From: Lama glama
Lineage: Eukaryota
Length of the DNA stretch: 64,000 nt
Direction of reading: 5' to 3'
Assembly (NCBI GenBank): GCA_028534125.1
Contig: CM052832.1
Location: forward strand, 5,954,001 to 6,018,000
The notes under the pieces: model-generated
Database searches by the model: none
The model's input: only the letters and a program-made list of their open reading frames with translations
What the model was told of the DNA's origin: nothing
Part shown: positions 39,054 through 53,503 of the stretch, piece by piece
How the letters are laid out: each line of letters opens with the position of its first letter
How positions within the stretch are numbered: the stretch's first letter is position 1
Program-made: the position numbers and the translations under genes

Positions 39054-39544
39054 TGTAACAGAGAAGAACAAACTTGGTTCCATATTGAATCTATTTCTTT
39101 ATCTCTCACCCTTGTGCTCTGTTGCCTGTGCCTAGTCCTGCTGGCTCTGCACCTTTTGCAGAAGAATGTTGCCTGGAGCCTGAAATACACAGGACAGCCC
39201 ATTTTCAAGGCTCTTACCTTGAAAGGTATAACAGTTTTCCATGAAAAAGCTGCAGAACAGAGAATAACATTTGTCTTGTTGGAAGTTTACTAGAACATTG
39301 TGACCAGGCCTACATAGACAGCTGCAAGAAAAAAGGATTCTAGCACCAAGAAGTTTACCACAACTAGCCACACTCCCTCGCATTTAACTACAAAAGAAGC
39401 CTGAAATCTAACTCAGGAAAGATAGTTCTTTGGGACGTTAGTCTACCATCTTCTCGGTCTGCTGGCTTTCCCTGCCCCAGCAAATCATCTTTCTATTTAT
39501 TGGCCTGTCCTGTGGGGAGCAGTACGAACTTGGAATCAGTAACA
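39054..39544 (+). mobile_element. ERV1-class solo LTR inserted into a MIR
   Basis: TGTAAC...TAACA termini, 4-bp TSD aaag; MIR sequence on both sides (about 38950-39053 and 39545-39640). Confidence 0.8.
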
Positions 39545-39997
39545 AAAGATAATAATAGTATCTAAGACCCTGAATTATTGAGATGGTTGGATAGACAGAC
39601 ACATAGATTCAGATGATTACTTGCAACAGTGCTCAGTACGTGGAAAACACAACACAAACATGCCTATTTTTAGACTAAGCATAAGTTTACTATAACCCTT
39701 AGGGTAATTAAACTGACCACTTAAAGCTCAGTATAACAAATGTGCGTTTTAAGAGAATAATGCAGATCCTCTGGAAATATGACAATTTATTTTAACAATT
39801 GGCTTGATAGCAGTTAGTCCTGGAAACTATTTCGACTTGAATCCTTAAATAGTTGAAGAAGAAAGAAAAGGCTGGAGAGGGTTAAGGCAACGGGTAAAGG
39901 CGAGAGACCACATCCTCTTTGTTATTCATTTATTGATACACCCACTCAGTATTCACTGTCCACTACTCAGTGGGGACCCTATTACGTTGTCTTAGGT

Positions 39998-40190
39998 CAG
40001 CAGTTCTCAAATGTGGTCCACAAGGTCAAAACCACTCTTATAATAATACGAAGATGTTAGGTCCTTTTATCACTGCTGACATGTGTACTGACGGTGTAAG
40101 TGCGGCTGTAGTAGAACTGTTGGTGTGTCCCGTGATCAAGGCAGTGGTACCAAACGGTCAGTTTTCTCCACACCACACTCCCCGCACAGG
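39998..40190. mobile_element. Charlie1-like hAT fragment
   Basis: cagcagttctcaaatgtggtcc...ggtcaaaac...ataataatac...gtactgacggtg terminus. Confidence 0.55.
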
Positions 40191-41143
40191 AAATGCTCGG
40201 CCCTACCCCGCCCTACCGTCCCTACGACTATTCCTTAAGGGCATCATTTCACGTGATACATTAAGGTTGATTAATCTCCTCTCACGAAACCCTTAGAAGT
40301 GAGATAGATCTGTGGTGGTCAGGTTTAGATATTAAAGTTAGACTAGACTTATCAAGTAAATCGGGGGATTTTCCATCTTTTTCTAAGTTTTCAACTCGTT
40401 AAAAGTATTTAAAACACAGCCGTAATCCCCTCTGGGCTGGCTTTTTTCAGTGGTAGAACCTTAATTACATTTCCTATTTGAGGTGTGATTAGTCTATTAA
40501 ATTTTCAGTTTCTTTTTGGGCAACTATTCATTCTTTATCCGAAAGTTCCCTAACAACAAAAATGTGTCTTGGTGTTATGTATCTCATCAATTTCCCACCT
40601 TCCTCTCCCGGGACAGAGGGATTTCTGTTTGCAGAATCAAGCCTTTGTTTTAGGACAATTTTTTTTTTATATATACACTTGAGTGTAACAGATGCGTCTA
40701 TAAAGATGCTACACAAGCATCTTTATGAGTGTGGTACCTTCTTGTTCACCTTTGAATGGTGTCAGTTATTGGCTGACAGGTGCCGAGAGAAGCAGCAGTG
40801 AGACAACCGAGAGCTTTAGTTCAGGACGTTATCTAAGACGCCCACCCATGAAACCTGTTGTCATTGCTGGGAACCCCTCGGTGTTCAGCCTTCAAATTAG
40901 CAGGGTTTACAGCTAGTGTGTAGCTTCTCTGTCAGTTCAACACGCCCCGCCGTCGCTCTCCTATAGAGGATTCGGGCCTAAGGCGGTCAGATGGACGTCA
41001 GAGAATCTGCATCTGGAATGACGTCTGGGGAGCCCTGTGTCAGATTTCAGGCTGTCCTTTTTGTCCTAGATCTCAAAGCACTGGGAGGCATTTTTATTAC
41101 AGATTGCAGTTGTTTACCGCAATCTTTGAGAGGGATGTTTTTA

Positions 41144-41839
41144 TCTTTTTTTTTTTTCTTGAGTTCTAGTCATTGTACAATGTTGTGTCAAATTCCAGTG
41201 TAGGGCACAATTTTTCAGTTACACATGAACATACATATATTCATGGTCACATTTTTTTTTTTTGCTGAGCTACCACAAGATCTTGTATATATTTCCCTGT
41301 GCTATACAGTATAATCTTGTTTATCTAGTCTACATATGCCTGTCAGTATCTACAAATTTTGAAATCTCAGTCTATCCCTTCCCACCCCTCGCCCCCTTGG
41401 CAACCACAAGTTTGTATTCTATGTCTATGAGTCTGTTTCTGTTTAGTATTTATGTTCTTAAATTATACCTTCTCTTTCTGGCTTACTTCACTTAGAATGA
41501 CATTCTCCAGGAACATCCATGTTGCTGCAAATGGCGTTATGTTGTCGGTTTTTGTGGCTGAGTAGTATTCCGTTGTATAAATATACCACTTTTTCTTTAT
41601 CCAATCATCTGCTGATGGACATTTAGGCTATTTCCATGTCTTGGCTATTGTAAATAGTGCTGCTATGAACATTGGGGTGCAGGTGTCATCCTGAAGTAGG
41701 GTTCCTTCTGAATATATGCCCAGGAGCAGGATTCCTGGGTCATATGGTAAGTCTGTTCCTAGTCTTTTGAGGAGTCTCCATACTGTTTTCCACAGTGGAT
41801 GCACCAAACTGCATTCCCACCAGCAGTGTAGAAGGGTTC
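41144..41839 (-). mobile_element. 5'-truncated lineage-specific L1
   Basis: Poly-T, L1 3' UTR and ORF2-end sequence in antisense; perfect 15-bp TSD agagggatgttttta (41129-41143, 41840-41854). Confidence 0.92.
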
Positions 41840-42792
41840 AGAGGGATGTTTTTACTTAAATCTCTTTTTTTCAATCTATCAAGTCGATTTTTCATTCTAC
41901 TATGTTGTTTTTAGTTGGTTTCAAGGGAGAGGATAAGAGGAAAAATGACATTATTCTGTCATTTCAGATTGTACTTGCATTCTGTTTAGTAACATTTCTA
42001 AAAATACACTATACCATGAAATGCTAAGTGATTTCCCTTGTTAAAGAACTAAGTTATTCAGTGTACTTAAAATATAGGTTTACTTTTATTAACTTTATCC
42101 AAACAACTTTCTAGGAACTGAAATGCAGCTAATAAAGAACTTGTAACCTGATAGGAAAAAAATACCACCCAATAGTTGCAAAATGAGAACCACACCTTCT
42201 GTAATTGAAAAAATTCTTGGTGCTATACAAAAATATTGATGCCTATTTCTAATTTTCCTTATTTACAAGCATATTCATTATAAAGGTGTTATTGGTAAAA
42301 ATAAAAGCAACCATTGTTAGGATTCAGAAAAAAATTTTCACACCCTGAAGGTCTAGTCTCCTGAGCTTTAATTGGCCAGTCATAAAGCCAAACAGAACCA
42401 TGTGAGTTAAGCTGCTTTTCAGATTTTACTTCCTAGAATGGGGCTAAATCTGAAAACTGTTCCTTTAGACAAAACCAACTGCACAGGCATTAAACTAGGT
42501 GGTCTCGAATGTCCCTTCCAACATGAAAACTCTATAATCCAAAATTTTACCATCACGTGCCCGCAAAGTCTAACTTATGCCCTATGTTTATAAAGGCCAA
42601 CAAAAAGCAAGTAGACAATTTCAAACTAAAATTTAACTTAAACAACTTGTCACACTTTCCATATTGCTTCATAATGGGGTCTAATTCCTTTTTCTACGAT
42701 TCAAGGCTTCCAGATTTCTAGAAAGCCCAGAGTCATGTATATGACAGTACTTCCAGCAAGAGAGCATGGGGCTTGATGTCTTCCAGACTCGA

Positions 42793-43556
42793 CAGGAGTC
42801 CCCCCGCCCACCTCCCTGATCCATAGTTTTGCTGAACTGTAGTCTATCAAATAAAAAATTCCAGAAATAAACGATTCATAACTTTTAAACACATTGTCCT
42901 GAGGAGCGTGATGAAACCCCGGGTTGTCCTGCCCTGGACGAGAACCACCCCTTTGTCCGGCGTATCCTGCCCGTGAGTCACCGGATGAACTCGTGGAATC
43001 GCGGTACTTGGGTTAAGTAACCCTGGTTTTATTTAATGGCCTGAAAATGCAAGAGCAGTGATGGTGGCAATTCAGGGATGCCACGCAGAAGCCTGGGAGT
43101 GCCTCCCTTGAGTGAGCAAGGTGAAAGCTCTCGACAATACGAATTCACGTGCGGAGGCTGCTAAGATCTATGATAAGAAGGAAGCTTCCATCTGCAAAAC
43201 CGTGAAGAAAAATTCACACTAGTTTTGCAGTCGCAGCTCAAAATGCAAAAGTTAGGGCCACGGTGTGTGGTAAGGGCTTAGTTAGGATGGAAGTGGCATT
43301 ATATTTATAAGGTATTTTGAAAGAAAGACCACATTCACATAATTTTAATCCGAGTGTATCATTATAACTGTTCTATTTTATTAGCAGTTGTTAACTTCTT
43401 ACTGAGTCTAATTTGTAAGTTAAACTTTATCACAGGTATGTACGTATAGGAAAAAACATGGTAGATGTAATAAGTAGGGTTCAGTACAGCCCGCGGACCA
43501 CACATCACTGGGTGTCCTGGGACGTCTCCGCCATGGATCTGGGGGAAATGACTCTG
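42793..43556. mobile_element. MER44/Tigger7-like non-autonomous DNA transposon
   Basis: cag..gtcccccc and gggggaaatgactctg inverted termini; internal aaattccagaaataaac and taaactttatcacaggtatgta motifs. Confidence 0.8.
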
Positions 43557-44379
43557 TTTTGTTTTTTGTATTTGCCAGGACTACCAGTTTTGAGTTCAGA
43601 GACCCAAAAAGTTTATGAGCAAGTTTATGCTTACAGAACCCCACAATGGATGGGAAGGTGGGGGGGCTCCAGAATGATGGTAATCAGTTCAAAAATCCTC
43701 TGGATTCTGTTGCCGTATCTTTAAACTCTGTTTTGTTCTTCTGTATCAGCTTTTTCCAGATGACAGGAAAAAAAAAACCAAAAACTGGGGAGGGCTGCCA
43801 TGCTCAGACTAGCTCCTTTTGTTTCAGATGTTTGAAATCTCAGTCTCCAAGACAGTAATTCAATTTGGGCAAAGTGCTCTGCCCTGGGACCAGGACTGGG
43901 TGATCTATAAAATGGCAGCTCCATTTTGAACATAGTACAAATGGAAAGAGTATCTCCCCCAAAGAAAGGGATGCTGGATGACTTCAGAGACGGGAGAGGA
44001 AGCACCATGCCTTTCTCTTCATCTGATCTGCCTAATTCACACCATATCCATCACTGCCAGATGACGAGAGGGGGAAAAGAGGAGCTTTCACTTAAAAAAT
44101 CTGCTCTATGCCAGGCACTCTATGAGGTACTTTGTATAAATCATTTCAAATTCTCCCAACAATCCTGTGAGGTAGGAATTATTAATCTCACAGTCTCAGG
44201 TGAAAGATTGACAGAGATTCAGTAAATGTCACACAGCACTAGAACTATTAATGATTTCATTTTACTACTTACATGGTTTCTTTTATTTGGAAAACTCACA
44301 GTAACATAAAATAGTTCCCATCATACGCTGCAATAAGCATAAGCTGAATGAAGTTAATGAAAAAATAACCAATAAAGAC

Positions 44380-47270
44380 ACGACTGGCAATACTATTCTT
44401 TATTCATTTTCCTTTTTGAGAGAGAAGCATGCTTTTGTACAGCACCTGTAAACAAGTGAAGTATACTGTTTTGAGTTTCCCCATAAATATATATTATTAT
44501 TATTATTATTTTTTGGAATGTTAGAATACCACAGCGCCAACTGCATTACAGAACAGTTACTGAAGGCAAGTCAGGCTACAACAAGGGTAAAATTTTATGG
44601 CTAAAAATATTCATAGCAGCAACTTTCAAAAGATGATTTTATTAAATCAAGTCATTGCACTTGGTCATTTTATTGCTACAGCAAAACAAGGCCATTAAAT
44701 TTTAACACTTCTCATTTCTGATTTGAACTGATTGTCTCATTCTGTTCATACATTTCAAGTTTAAACGCAAGCATAGGATGTTTTACCAAGACGTCTAGAG
44801 AGCACTTGGGTTTTTTCTCCTGTGATCATAGTAAGAAGCATTAAGAGAGAATCCTCTGTTACGCCAGGCCCACTCTCTCTTCTATCTTCAGACTTAGATT
44901 TTCTAAGAGGTAACAGCTTTACAGTGTGACCACAGCTTCGTGGTCACACGCACGCACACACACACAAGACTCCTAATATCGAAATATAATTAGGAAAATT
45001 AGTAATGTTACGTGTTTCGAACAGCAAACCTGAACACCACATTCACTAACAATTTGGCAACAACAGATGTCATGCTGTTCACCTCTAGTCTGTCATTTAT
45101 ACTCACTCATTAAAAAAAAAGGTTTATCTCCAAGTAAAAGCTATTATTATTACAGACCATTCTGTGATATGAACTTTATAAACGGGAATTAATACAATTC
45201 CTGTTATCAAGAGCAGACATTGGTAACTTGCTAGATTAATCATTTTTCCCTTTGCGTTTGTTTGGCTTTCTTTTCTTTACTATTTGGTCAAGGGCGGGAA
45301 AAGAGAGACCCAGTTACTTTCGTTACTTTTCAATTCCGAGTGAGGAGTGTACAAACACACACTTTAAATGTCTTTCAGCACTCATGACCATCTTGATTTT
45401 ATGCACTAGTGAGAGAATGACCAACAAAAACCTTAAGAACAGCCTGAAATCCGCTGGAAACTACCCCCACCCCGTTATTAGGATGGGGAGGGCTCACTTG
45501 GTAAGATTTTCCAGTCATAAAGCTAGGAGTTTCTACTTAAGGACTTTCATGTTAAAAGAAAATAAGATCTAATTTATTTAAGAAGAACGAAATCATTCAT
45601 TTGACAAGTCATTTAGAAACATTAGAACAGGAATAAACAATTTTGTTCAGCAGCGACCTCATCAGAAGAGCCCACGGACTTTAAAGAGTTAAAATGTACA
45701 TAACCCAACACACAATCCGATTTTCCCAACAGCAGGAATTTAAGTTGTGAATTTTACATTACATAATTATATACTGGAGTTTCTATTATTTTCTATTTTC
45801 CTTTTATCTGAAACAATATGACAGAATCTCACTAACACAAGATTTCAGTATTACAAGATTAAAACTAAAAGGGAAAAATTGGTTTGGTGGTTTAAATGAA
45901 CACAAAATGGAAGCATGATAGTTGGTGCTCAAAATCTGAAAAGTCACTTGCTGTAATAAGCCTTCAAATATGATTTTTTTTGCAAATTAAAAAATCAAAA
46001 ATTCTACTTTTAATATAAACCCACGTTATTTTGAGACACATTATCTGTACATAACATCTTAAAATGTTCAAGTGTTCGTAAGTGACTGAAGAAACTGCTA
46101 TTCGTCCATTTTGTGAAAATGCATGAGTACGGCCAACTATTTTTGGTTTTAAATAAGCTGCAATGTTACACTTTATGATACACTACACACTCTTTATAAA
46201 GTTGGTACCTAAATGACACCCCAGAACATCTCCACCAGGCAGTTCAGTCTATCAGGTAAGTTACACAAGGTTAATTTTTGGAAGTATGAAACTGCACACT
46301 GAGGTTCTGAAAGCTTTGGAGCCCTGTTTCTCCCGGATTACCATTATCACAAATCAGAGGGAGGGACGTGAAGAATTAAATCACAAGATCTTGAAATGAG
46401 TAGCATTCGAGCCTATAAAACAAGCAGGAAAGTACAGCAATACGGCTGGTGTTTGCATATTACATGTGCTATCGTTTCCAGGCACGACAAGTGTAGGGTG
46501 AAGCTGACATGTTTAGTTCCTGAGACCGAATGGATTTAAAATACAGCTCATTATTTCCCCCAATATACTTAACAATCCAGTACATCTTAACTAAATTCCA
46601 CTTGTGGATCCTATAGTGCAAGCAATATAAAATACTCTAGAAGTTGAAGAAATTATTTCATGAGTTATTAATCTACGTGTGGGTGGGTAATCTGGTTTAT
46701 AGCTCGGAAACTCCTACTTCATCACCCAGAGTATAAACAGCACTGCAAACAAACAGGCACGACAGTGTAATCCTGGGTGAGAAGCTCAGCGTAAAAAACA
46801 TATATATACAAAGTTTATATCCCTTATGTGTCACGGGAAAAGTAGTGAGTGTGGCTACCATAGAGCTAAACTGTCCCCCCCCAATAGTATATTTTACAGA
46901 TTACTTGTAAAGATATCACCATATTTATAGTATAGATCTCTTTAAAAATAATACTACAAGTTCAATAAAAAACTATTCTGAACTTTCTTTCCTTTCTATA
47001 CAGATTCAGTAGTATTTTCAAGCAAACTAAACAAAAAAGTTTGCAATCCCAGCACATAAGAAATAAGGCCTCGTTTTTTTCATATAGGCAAAACAAAATA
47101 TATATATATAAAAAGTCACCCTCCCCTACACTTCTCTATAGATATAATAGTTCATATACTCATATCCATCATGACATCAGCATTTCTCATTTTTAGGTAA
47201 CAAGTCAGCTGAAGTTCATAGTGTGGCTTCTGAATCCCTGGAACGTTAAGAACGCTGCGTGAGTGTCACT
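44380..47270 (-). other. CD2AP: CD2AP 3' UTR (~2.9 kb; end approximate)
   Basis: AT-rich, essentially free of interspersed repeats from the stop codon to an AATAAA; MIR sequence resumes just beyond. Confidence 0.7.
44399..44404 (-). terminator. CD2AP: Putative distal polyadenylation signal of CD2AP
   Basis: AATAAA on minus strand followed ~15-20 nt later by a GT/T-rich tract (GTCGTGTCTTTATTGGTTATTTTTT); further AATAAA hexamers near 44640 and 44670. Confidence 0.65.
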
Positions 47271-47312
47271 TCAAGAAGACAGGACTGCTTTTTTCAGCTT
47301 CTCTATTTCCAC
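47271..47312 (-). CDS. CD2AP: CD2AP terminal coding exon with stop codon
   Basis: tgttttag acceptor then VEIEKLKKAVLSS-TGA, the CD2AP C-terminus. Confidence 0.95.
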   Translation of the reverse strand: MEIEKLKKAVLSS

Positions 47313-49289
47313 CTAAAACACAAAACACAAAACACAGATTGAGCAACAGATAAAATATCTTTACTCTAGTAAAGCTGATTTACTTTATCCTATGCCATTA
47401 AGATCTGATCACACTTTCAAGCCTCCGGCTTTTGATTTCCATTCTGAAGTCCAATTTACAACAGTGCAATAAATACAGGAAGAGGGCAGCAGGGGAAAAC
47501 GTCATGACACAAGTTCCTAAATGGCAGGTGACAACAACAAAACAGCGGCTACGGCTGTTTCAGCCGGAACAACGGCACAGCATGTGAGCCTCTGAAAGAT
47601 CTGTAAGAAAATTAGCCCTACAAAAACCGAAAGTATCCTTGAAACCAAATTAAGAAGCACACATACCTGTAATTAAACAAAGGGGGCAGCACAGAGGAGT
47701 TACAAATAAAGAAAGGGACAAGTCTAGTTCTCTTTTTCACTTACTACTTCTGTGCCATTGGTAAATCACTTAACCTCACTCGGTCTTAATTCCCTCAACT
47801 GTAAACAGTATGTTCTAGATTAAATCGCCTTTAAAGCCCAGGAGTATATACAAAATTCAGTCAATGGGTTAGAAATATTTCCACCAGCAGGCAGAAGACA
47901 TTCCTCACTTAATACAAATTCATAATTTGAGAAACCTAAGAAGAAAGTAAGAAAAATTCTTTAAATTTTCACAGTAACTATAGAGAGCTATTTGATTTTG
48001 ATGTATTACAAACGACTAAGTTGAGGCTCAAAGAGATGAAACACCACACGGGCGGCTCCAGGTCCATGGGTGCGCAGACCGTCCCGGTCAGTTTGAGGCT
48101 CTAAAGGCCGCAGCTTTTGTAGTCTCTTCCCAGTTAGATGGACATCTCGATCATCCCTAACCTTTCACTGCATGTAGAAACACAAAGTCCTTACCTTCTC
48201 CTGACAGCATCACCCTTCTCCCCAGCAACGTACAGAAGTAACACACACTGCGGCTAACTCCAGACAAGTCGTTCAGTGTTAGATGATGAGCATTTTGCCA
48301 CAGTCAAGAAGTACAATTTCAAGAAGCTCACCACCTCCTAGGGCATCCTAACCATTTGAGAATGGTTTGCAAATTCCACGATCTTTCTTGATACTATTTG
48401 ACTAATATGATTAATTAAATACGTTAACAGCATTGGACTGGAACCAGTCTTAGTCTTCAGCCTGGATTGAGACAAAGTATCTTCAATCTTCAGCCTGATG
48501 TGCTATTGTCATCTCTGTTCCTAAGATACATTAACCACTGTACCAATTTGAATGTGCAAGGATGCAGAGAAAACAAAGAAAACACAAACACTGGGAGGAG
48601 AGGGAGTGCGGGGAAGAGAAACTCTGCAATGCAGTCAGTAACGCCCCTTACAGACTGCTCCTGGTCACGTAAGTTTAGGTACCAAACACTTGCATTGCTG
48701 GACTTTCTCTTCTAGCACGTTTGCATTCACCGTTCATCATTAGTCCTTTTTATCACCCCTTGGTAAATTTAATACTATGTAAGGTTAACGTTACAGTAGC
48801 TGAAAGCACTATTTTTAATTTGGGGTGAAATATAATTTCTCCTTTAAACATGTGATCCTAAAACTCTACCGCCTTATTAAGTGTGCTTTTGGAAATACAA
48901 GGATCAAACTTTCCTCATTTAAAAAAACAAACTTATAATAATACAGGTCAGCGAGAAGCTAAGTAACCGCTGATTTTGCTGCAAAAATAAAATCAAATAA
49001 AATTCTTCAAAAAAGAAATAAATAATTCATTTGACTCTTTTCATGATTTTAATGACAAACTAAATCACATACACAAATTTAACACTGTGTTAGTTCCTCT
49101 TGCTTATCTTATTATTTTCATATATGAATATAAATGTGTTATGTATAAAATATAAGGAATGAGAGTCGAGAAACGTTTTAATTTTTTTTCTACCATGTTT
49201 CACACTGGGAATTTAACATGTGTTTAGAAGATACATGTTAAAAATGCATCTTCTAACATGTACTGGTTTCACAAAAATGTGTTAGCTGT

Positions 49290-50370
49290 CTAAGGCGTAT
49301 ACAGCACTGCAGCTGTGCCAGGAGCTATGGGCAAAGGTGAAGCAGGAAAACATCCCACCTCCAACAGCACAGAAAATGGGCAAAATGAGTACATAATCAA
49401 AGAAAATGATTACTTATTCATCTCTTACAAACTAAAGAACATGAGTTTGGAATAAGAAAAATCTCTCTTAATCAGAAGACTGGTGGCCAACTCAATCAAT
49501 GTGATTGTTTGAGCTGGGCCTTGAGATCTACAGAACTTGGGCGTGAGAAGAGGAGACAAAAGGAAAATCCACAAAAATACAGTAAGAGTAAAATTTCAGA
49601 CAAATGAACTGTAAGGGACGACTGAGGATCAGCACGTGAGGAAAGAAAGCTAAACTAGGGCCAGGCACATAAAAGACCTCATGTGCTGAGTCAAGAAGCT
49701 TGAACTTTATTCAGCAAGTAATAGGAAGTTCTTGAAAATACTGAGCAAGGAAAGATGAAGATAAGGATGAGAGCAACTTAAGCAAGCTAAACAGAAGACA
49801 AAGAGCATGAAAAAGGGATAGGAATACGGGGAATAAAGAGAGAAAGGTCAGGGGAGCAAAAAAGCCAGCAGGCCTGGAAGTGAGTAGAATCGGAAGAGAA
49901 CAGAAATACCAGATCTGCAGGACCAGGAGGGCAGCAAACCATCAACAGAAGCAGAAAATCAGAATCAGAAAAGACGGTGCTATGTGTGGCAGGGACATGC
50001 CAAGTCTGAGTTCACAGTGGAGCATCTGCGGATACTAACAGCTGGCAGCACGGGGTAGAAGCTGGGAGAAGAAGAACCAGATTTCGATGGAAGGTGCACC
50101 GGAGGCCACCATGTTACTCCTGGGTACAGACGAGCAGCGGGGGTGCACGACAGGAGGGCCAAGGAGTGCTGGGGGAACGTCTCACTCAGGTTAGGAGAGC
50201 CGGAGAAGTCAGAGACAGAAGAATCCCCCCATCCAGTAAACCGAGACACACTTTGAAAAGGTGGCAATGGTAAAACTGTGAAGCGCTGGAGAAACTGAAG
50301 AGACGCAGGAGTTGCCCCCAGCAAACCCAAAATGCAGAGGTTTGGTCAAAGACTGAATAAAAAGTGAAGA
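49290..50370 (+). mobile_element. Highly decayed L2-like region (ends approximate)
   Basis: Purine-rich, with L2 3'-end-like motifs (gtgccagg..ct.ggg; gaactttattc...aataggaag..cttgaa). Confidence 0.45.
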
Positions 50371-51256
50371 ATCAGTGACTGCAAATGTGTGCTTTTTTTG
50401 TTTGGGGTGGGGGGGGTGGTGGGCAACAAATGAACCCCAGATGAAAAGAGAAAACTACAGATCAAGGGGGCAGCCAGACCGAAAAGAGGGCTTTTTGTTT
50501 TCTGAACAAAGGGAAAAACTGAGTATTTTCGTGGAAAGAAGGGGGAGTGCGGATAAAGGTGACATGTCAGATATAAGAGTAAAAATGCGGTTTTGATAAT
50601 TTACCCAAATACCTTCACATATATTATCTCAACCATTAAAGCTAAAGCAGTCAGTGACTTACTCGATCGAGTTCACACAGTGCAGCTGAATCCCTCAGGA
50701 CAAAGGTTTGGAAGCCTGGCTGCTCCTGTTAAACATGTCAGCCCCACTGCCGACCTCTTCAGCCTACACCCTAGATTCCTCACCCTTAGAACAGGAACAC
50801 TAATCCTCTCAAGCTGTGCTGCCCAGCGGGACAACGCTCAGAAGGTGCGGCGCCGGAGTGCCACACGCCGTTCAGCGCTCCAAGTCAGGGCGAGGGCCCA
50901 GGTTTACGAGCACGGCCCGCGCTCTGTCTCCCAGGGCTGACAGAGAAACGGGGCAAGTAACGAGCGCGGCAAACAGAGGGAGGGGGGCAAACGCTGCACC
51001 CAGAATGGGGAGAGTCTCTGCACAGGGGCAGGACACACTTTCTCTGAGACACGCAGGAGAAAATACAATAAAAGACTAAAGTCAGAGAGGACAGGAAAAA
51101 AATAAGGAAGATTAAGAAAATAAGTGAAGCTGTCAATCATCAGCAGAGAGTAAAGATGAAGGCATCACCGTTATAAAGTGAACTCAGTTCACTGCGAAAT
51201 CAAAGTCAGCATCCCCCGCCCACCCCCCTACCACCACCCCGGCCCCCGGGGAAAAA

Positions 51257-51756
51257 NNNNNNNNNNNNNNNNNNNNNNNNNNNNNNNNNNNNNNNNNNNN
51301 NNNNNNNNNNNNNNNNNNNNNNNNNNNNNNNNNNNNNNNNNNNNNNNNNNNNNNNNNNNNNNNNNNNNNNNNNNNNNNNNNNNNNNNNNNNNNNNNNNNN
51401 NNNNNNNNNNNNNNNNNNNNNNNNNNNNNNNNNNNNNNNNNNNNNNNNNNNNNNNNNNNNNNNNNNNNNNNNNNNNNNNNNNNNNNNNNNNNNNNNNNNN
51501 NNNNNNNNNNNNNNNNNNNNNNNNNNNNNNNNNNNNNNNNNNNNNNNNNNNNNNNNNNNNNNNNNNNNNNNNNNNNNNNNNNNNNNNNNNNNNNNNNNNN
51601 NNNNNNNNNNNNNNNNNNNNNNNNNNNNNNNNNNNNNNNNNNNNNNNNNNNNNNNNNNNNNNNNNNNNNNNNNNNNNNNNNNNNNNNNNNNNNNNNNNNN
51701 NNNNNNNNNNNNNNNNNNNNNNNNNNNNNNNNNNNNNNNNNNNNNNNNNNNNNNNN
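51257..51756. other. Assembly gap (500 N) within CD2AP
   Basis: Run of exactly 500 N. Confidence 1.
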
Positions 51757-53169
51757 AGACTGTTAACAGAAATAATAGCTTGAGAAACTCATGAAAACTC
51801 TCATGAAGAAAGAACATATAAGAAATGAAGGTAGTTTTAAATTACATAGTTTCAAGACTAATTTTTTCTGTTTTTAATGATTAGAAAATTCTTTATATTG
51901 AAAGTAGATTTTCTACTGTTTTCTACTGACTGTAATTTTAAAGATAATATTTAAGTCAAATTTACCTAGCTTATTTTGGTATGTGATATAAACTGTGCTT
52001 CTAAGCTAGTTAACTTTATATTTCCATAAGGTTATCACTAAATTAAACAATGCTTTCTTTTTCCAAGTTTCTAAGTTTATTATACATTTAATTTATACCT
52101 AAATTAGGATCTACTGCTAAAATATTCATCCTGCTCTACTTATCTATACTTATAATAGTTACATTATTCTAATTATCTCCTTTTTGATCTGAAAATTTAG
52201 GACTACTCTCACATTTTTGTTACCTTTTAAAAAACACATTTACAAATAAAAGATTTTTCCATGCCAATTGCAAAACAAGATAAACTGAAGAATTCAAGAA
52301 AGAGCATGATCAAATTCCTTCTCTATATATGATATAAATGTGCATAATATATGTACTTTTTAAGAGGTCATTCAAGATAAATTTATGTTTCTAAGAGAAG
52401 TTTGTAGACGTGCTCTGTAAACTACAAATACATGTTGTTCATCTCAATTTTGTTTTTAATAAGTAACCCAATGTCAACTGAGAATTGGAGGAGAAACGGT
52501 AAATTCAAGCTCAGTGGTACCGTGATCTCTGGCAAGACTTTTATACCAGACTCCATATTCCAAGAAATACTGTTAGAGGCTACAGAAGAAGCTGAAACAG
52601 GGAAAGAACACCTGAACGCTCACCCCCAGTTCAGTTACATTAGCTGATCTTTGATCTACTTTACCTATTTGGCTTTTGTGGAATTATGTTTGAAGTGTTA
52701 ACACATTTTAAAATTCAAATAATAATAATTATAAGAAAAGATCTCCGAATTAATCGAAGATACGAGTTTGAGTTCTAGCTCTGCCGCTCAGGAGCCGTGT
52801 GATCTCAGATGAGCAGACCTCTCCCTCAGCCTCTCTCTTCACGTAAAAGGAGGAAAAGGACTCCAGCACGTGGTCTTCCAAACTTACCTGAGCTCTAAGA
52901 GCTCCCTAACTCTCACCTCGTATGGTATGTCTCACCTCACACCATCATCAAAACCCCTCAGAGTTAAGAGAAGGGCCTTGTAGATTGCCTATCCCAGGTT
53001 TTACAACATCCAACTCAACCCCAGCAGAAGCAGTGATCAAAGTCCTCTGAGACATAAACCAAATATACACACAGATACACCCCAGATCCAAAATACAACA
53101 TGGCTTTTCCTAATATTTTCAAGACTAATTAACCTGTGTTTGACATTTCTAGCCTTAAAGTATGTTTTT

Positions 53170-53503
53170 AAGGTTCATCTATACTGTAACATGCATGCGT
53201 ACATTATTTCTTTTTATGGCTGAATAAAATTCCACTGTACAGGTGTGCCACGTCTTGTTTATCCATTCATCAGTTGATGGGCATTTGGGTTGTCTGCACT
53301 GCTTTGGACTTGCACAAACACCTGTGCACAAGTTTTTGTTTAAACACTTGTTTTCAATTCTGTTGGACAGTATTGCAACTTGAAAGGGGATTGCTGGGTC
53401 ATATGGTAACATGATATTTAACTTTCTGAGTAATTGCTAGACTGTTTTCCAGAGTGGCTGCACCATTTTACATTCCCACCAGCAATGCATGAGGGTTTCA
53501 ATT
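53170..53503 (-). mobile_element. Old L1M fragment (ORF2 end / 3' UTR)
   Basis: Minus-strand translation LPYDPAIP...QPKCPSTDEWINKTW...YSAIKRN, degenerate L1 ORF2 C-terminus. Confidence 0.85.
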
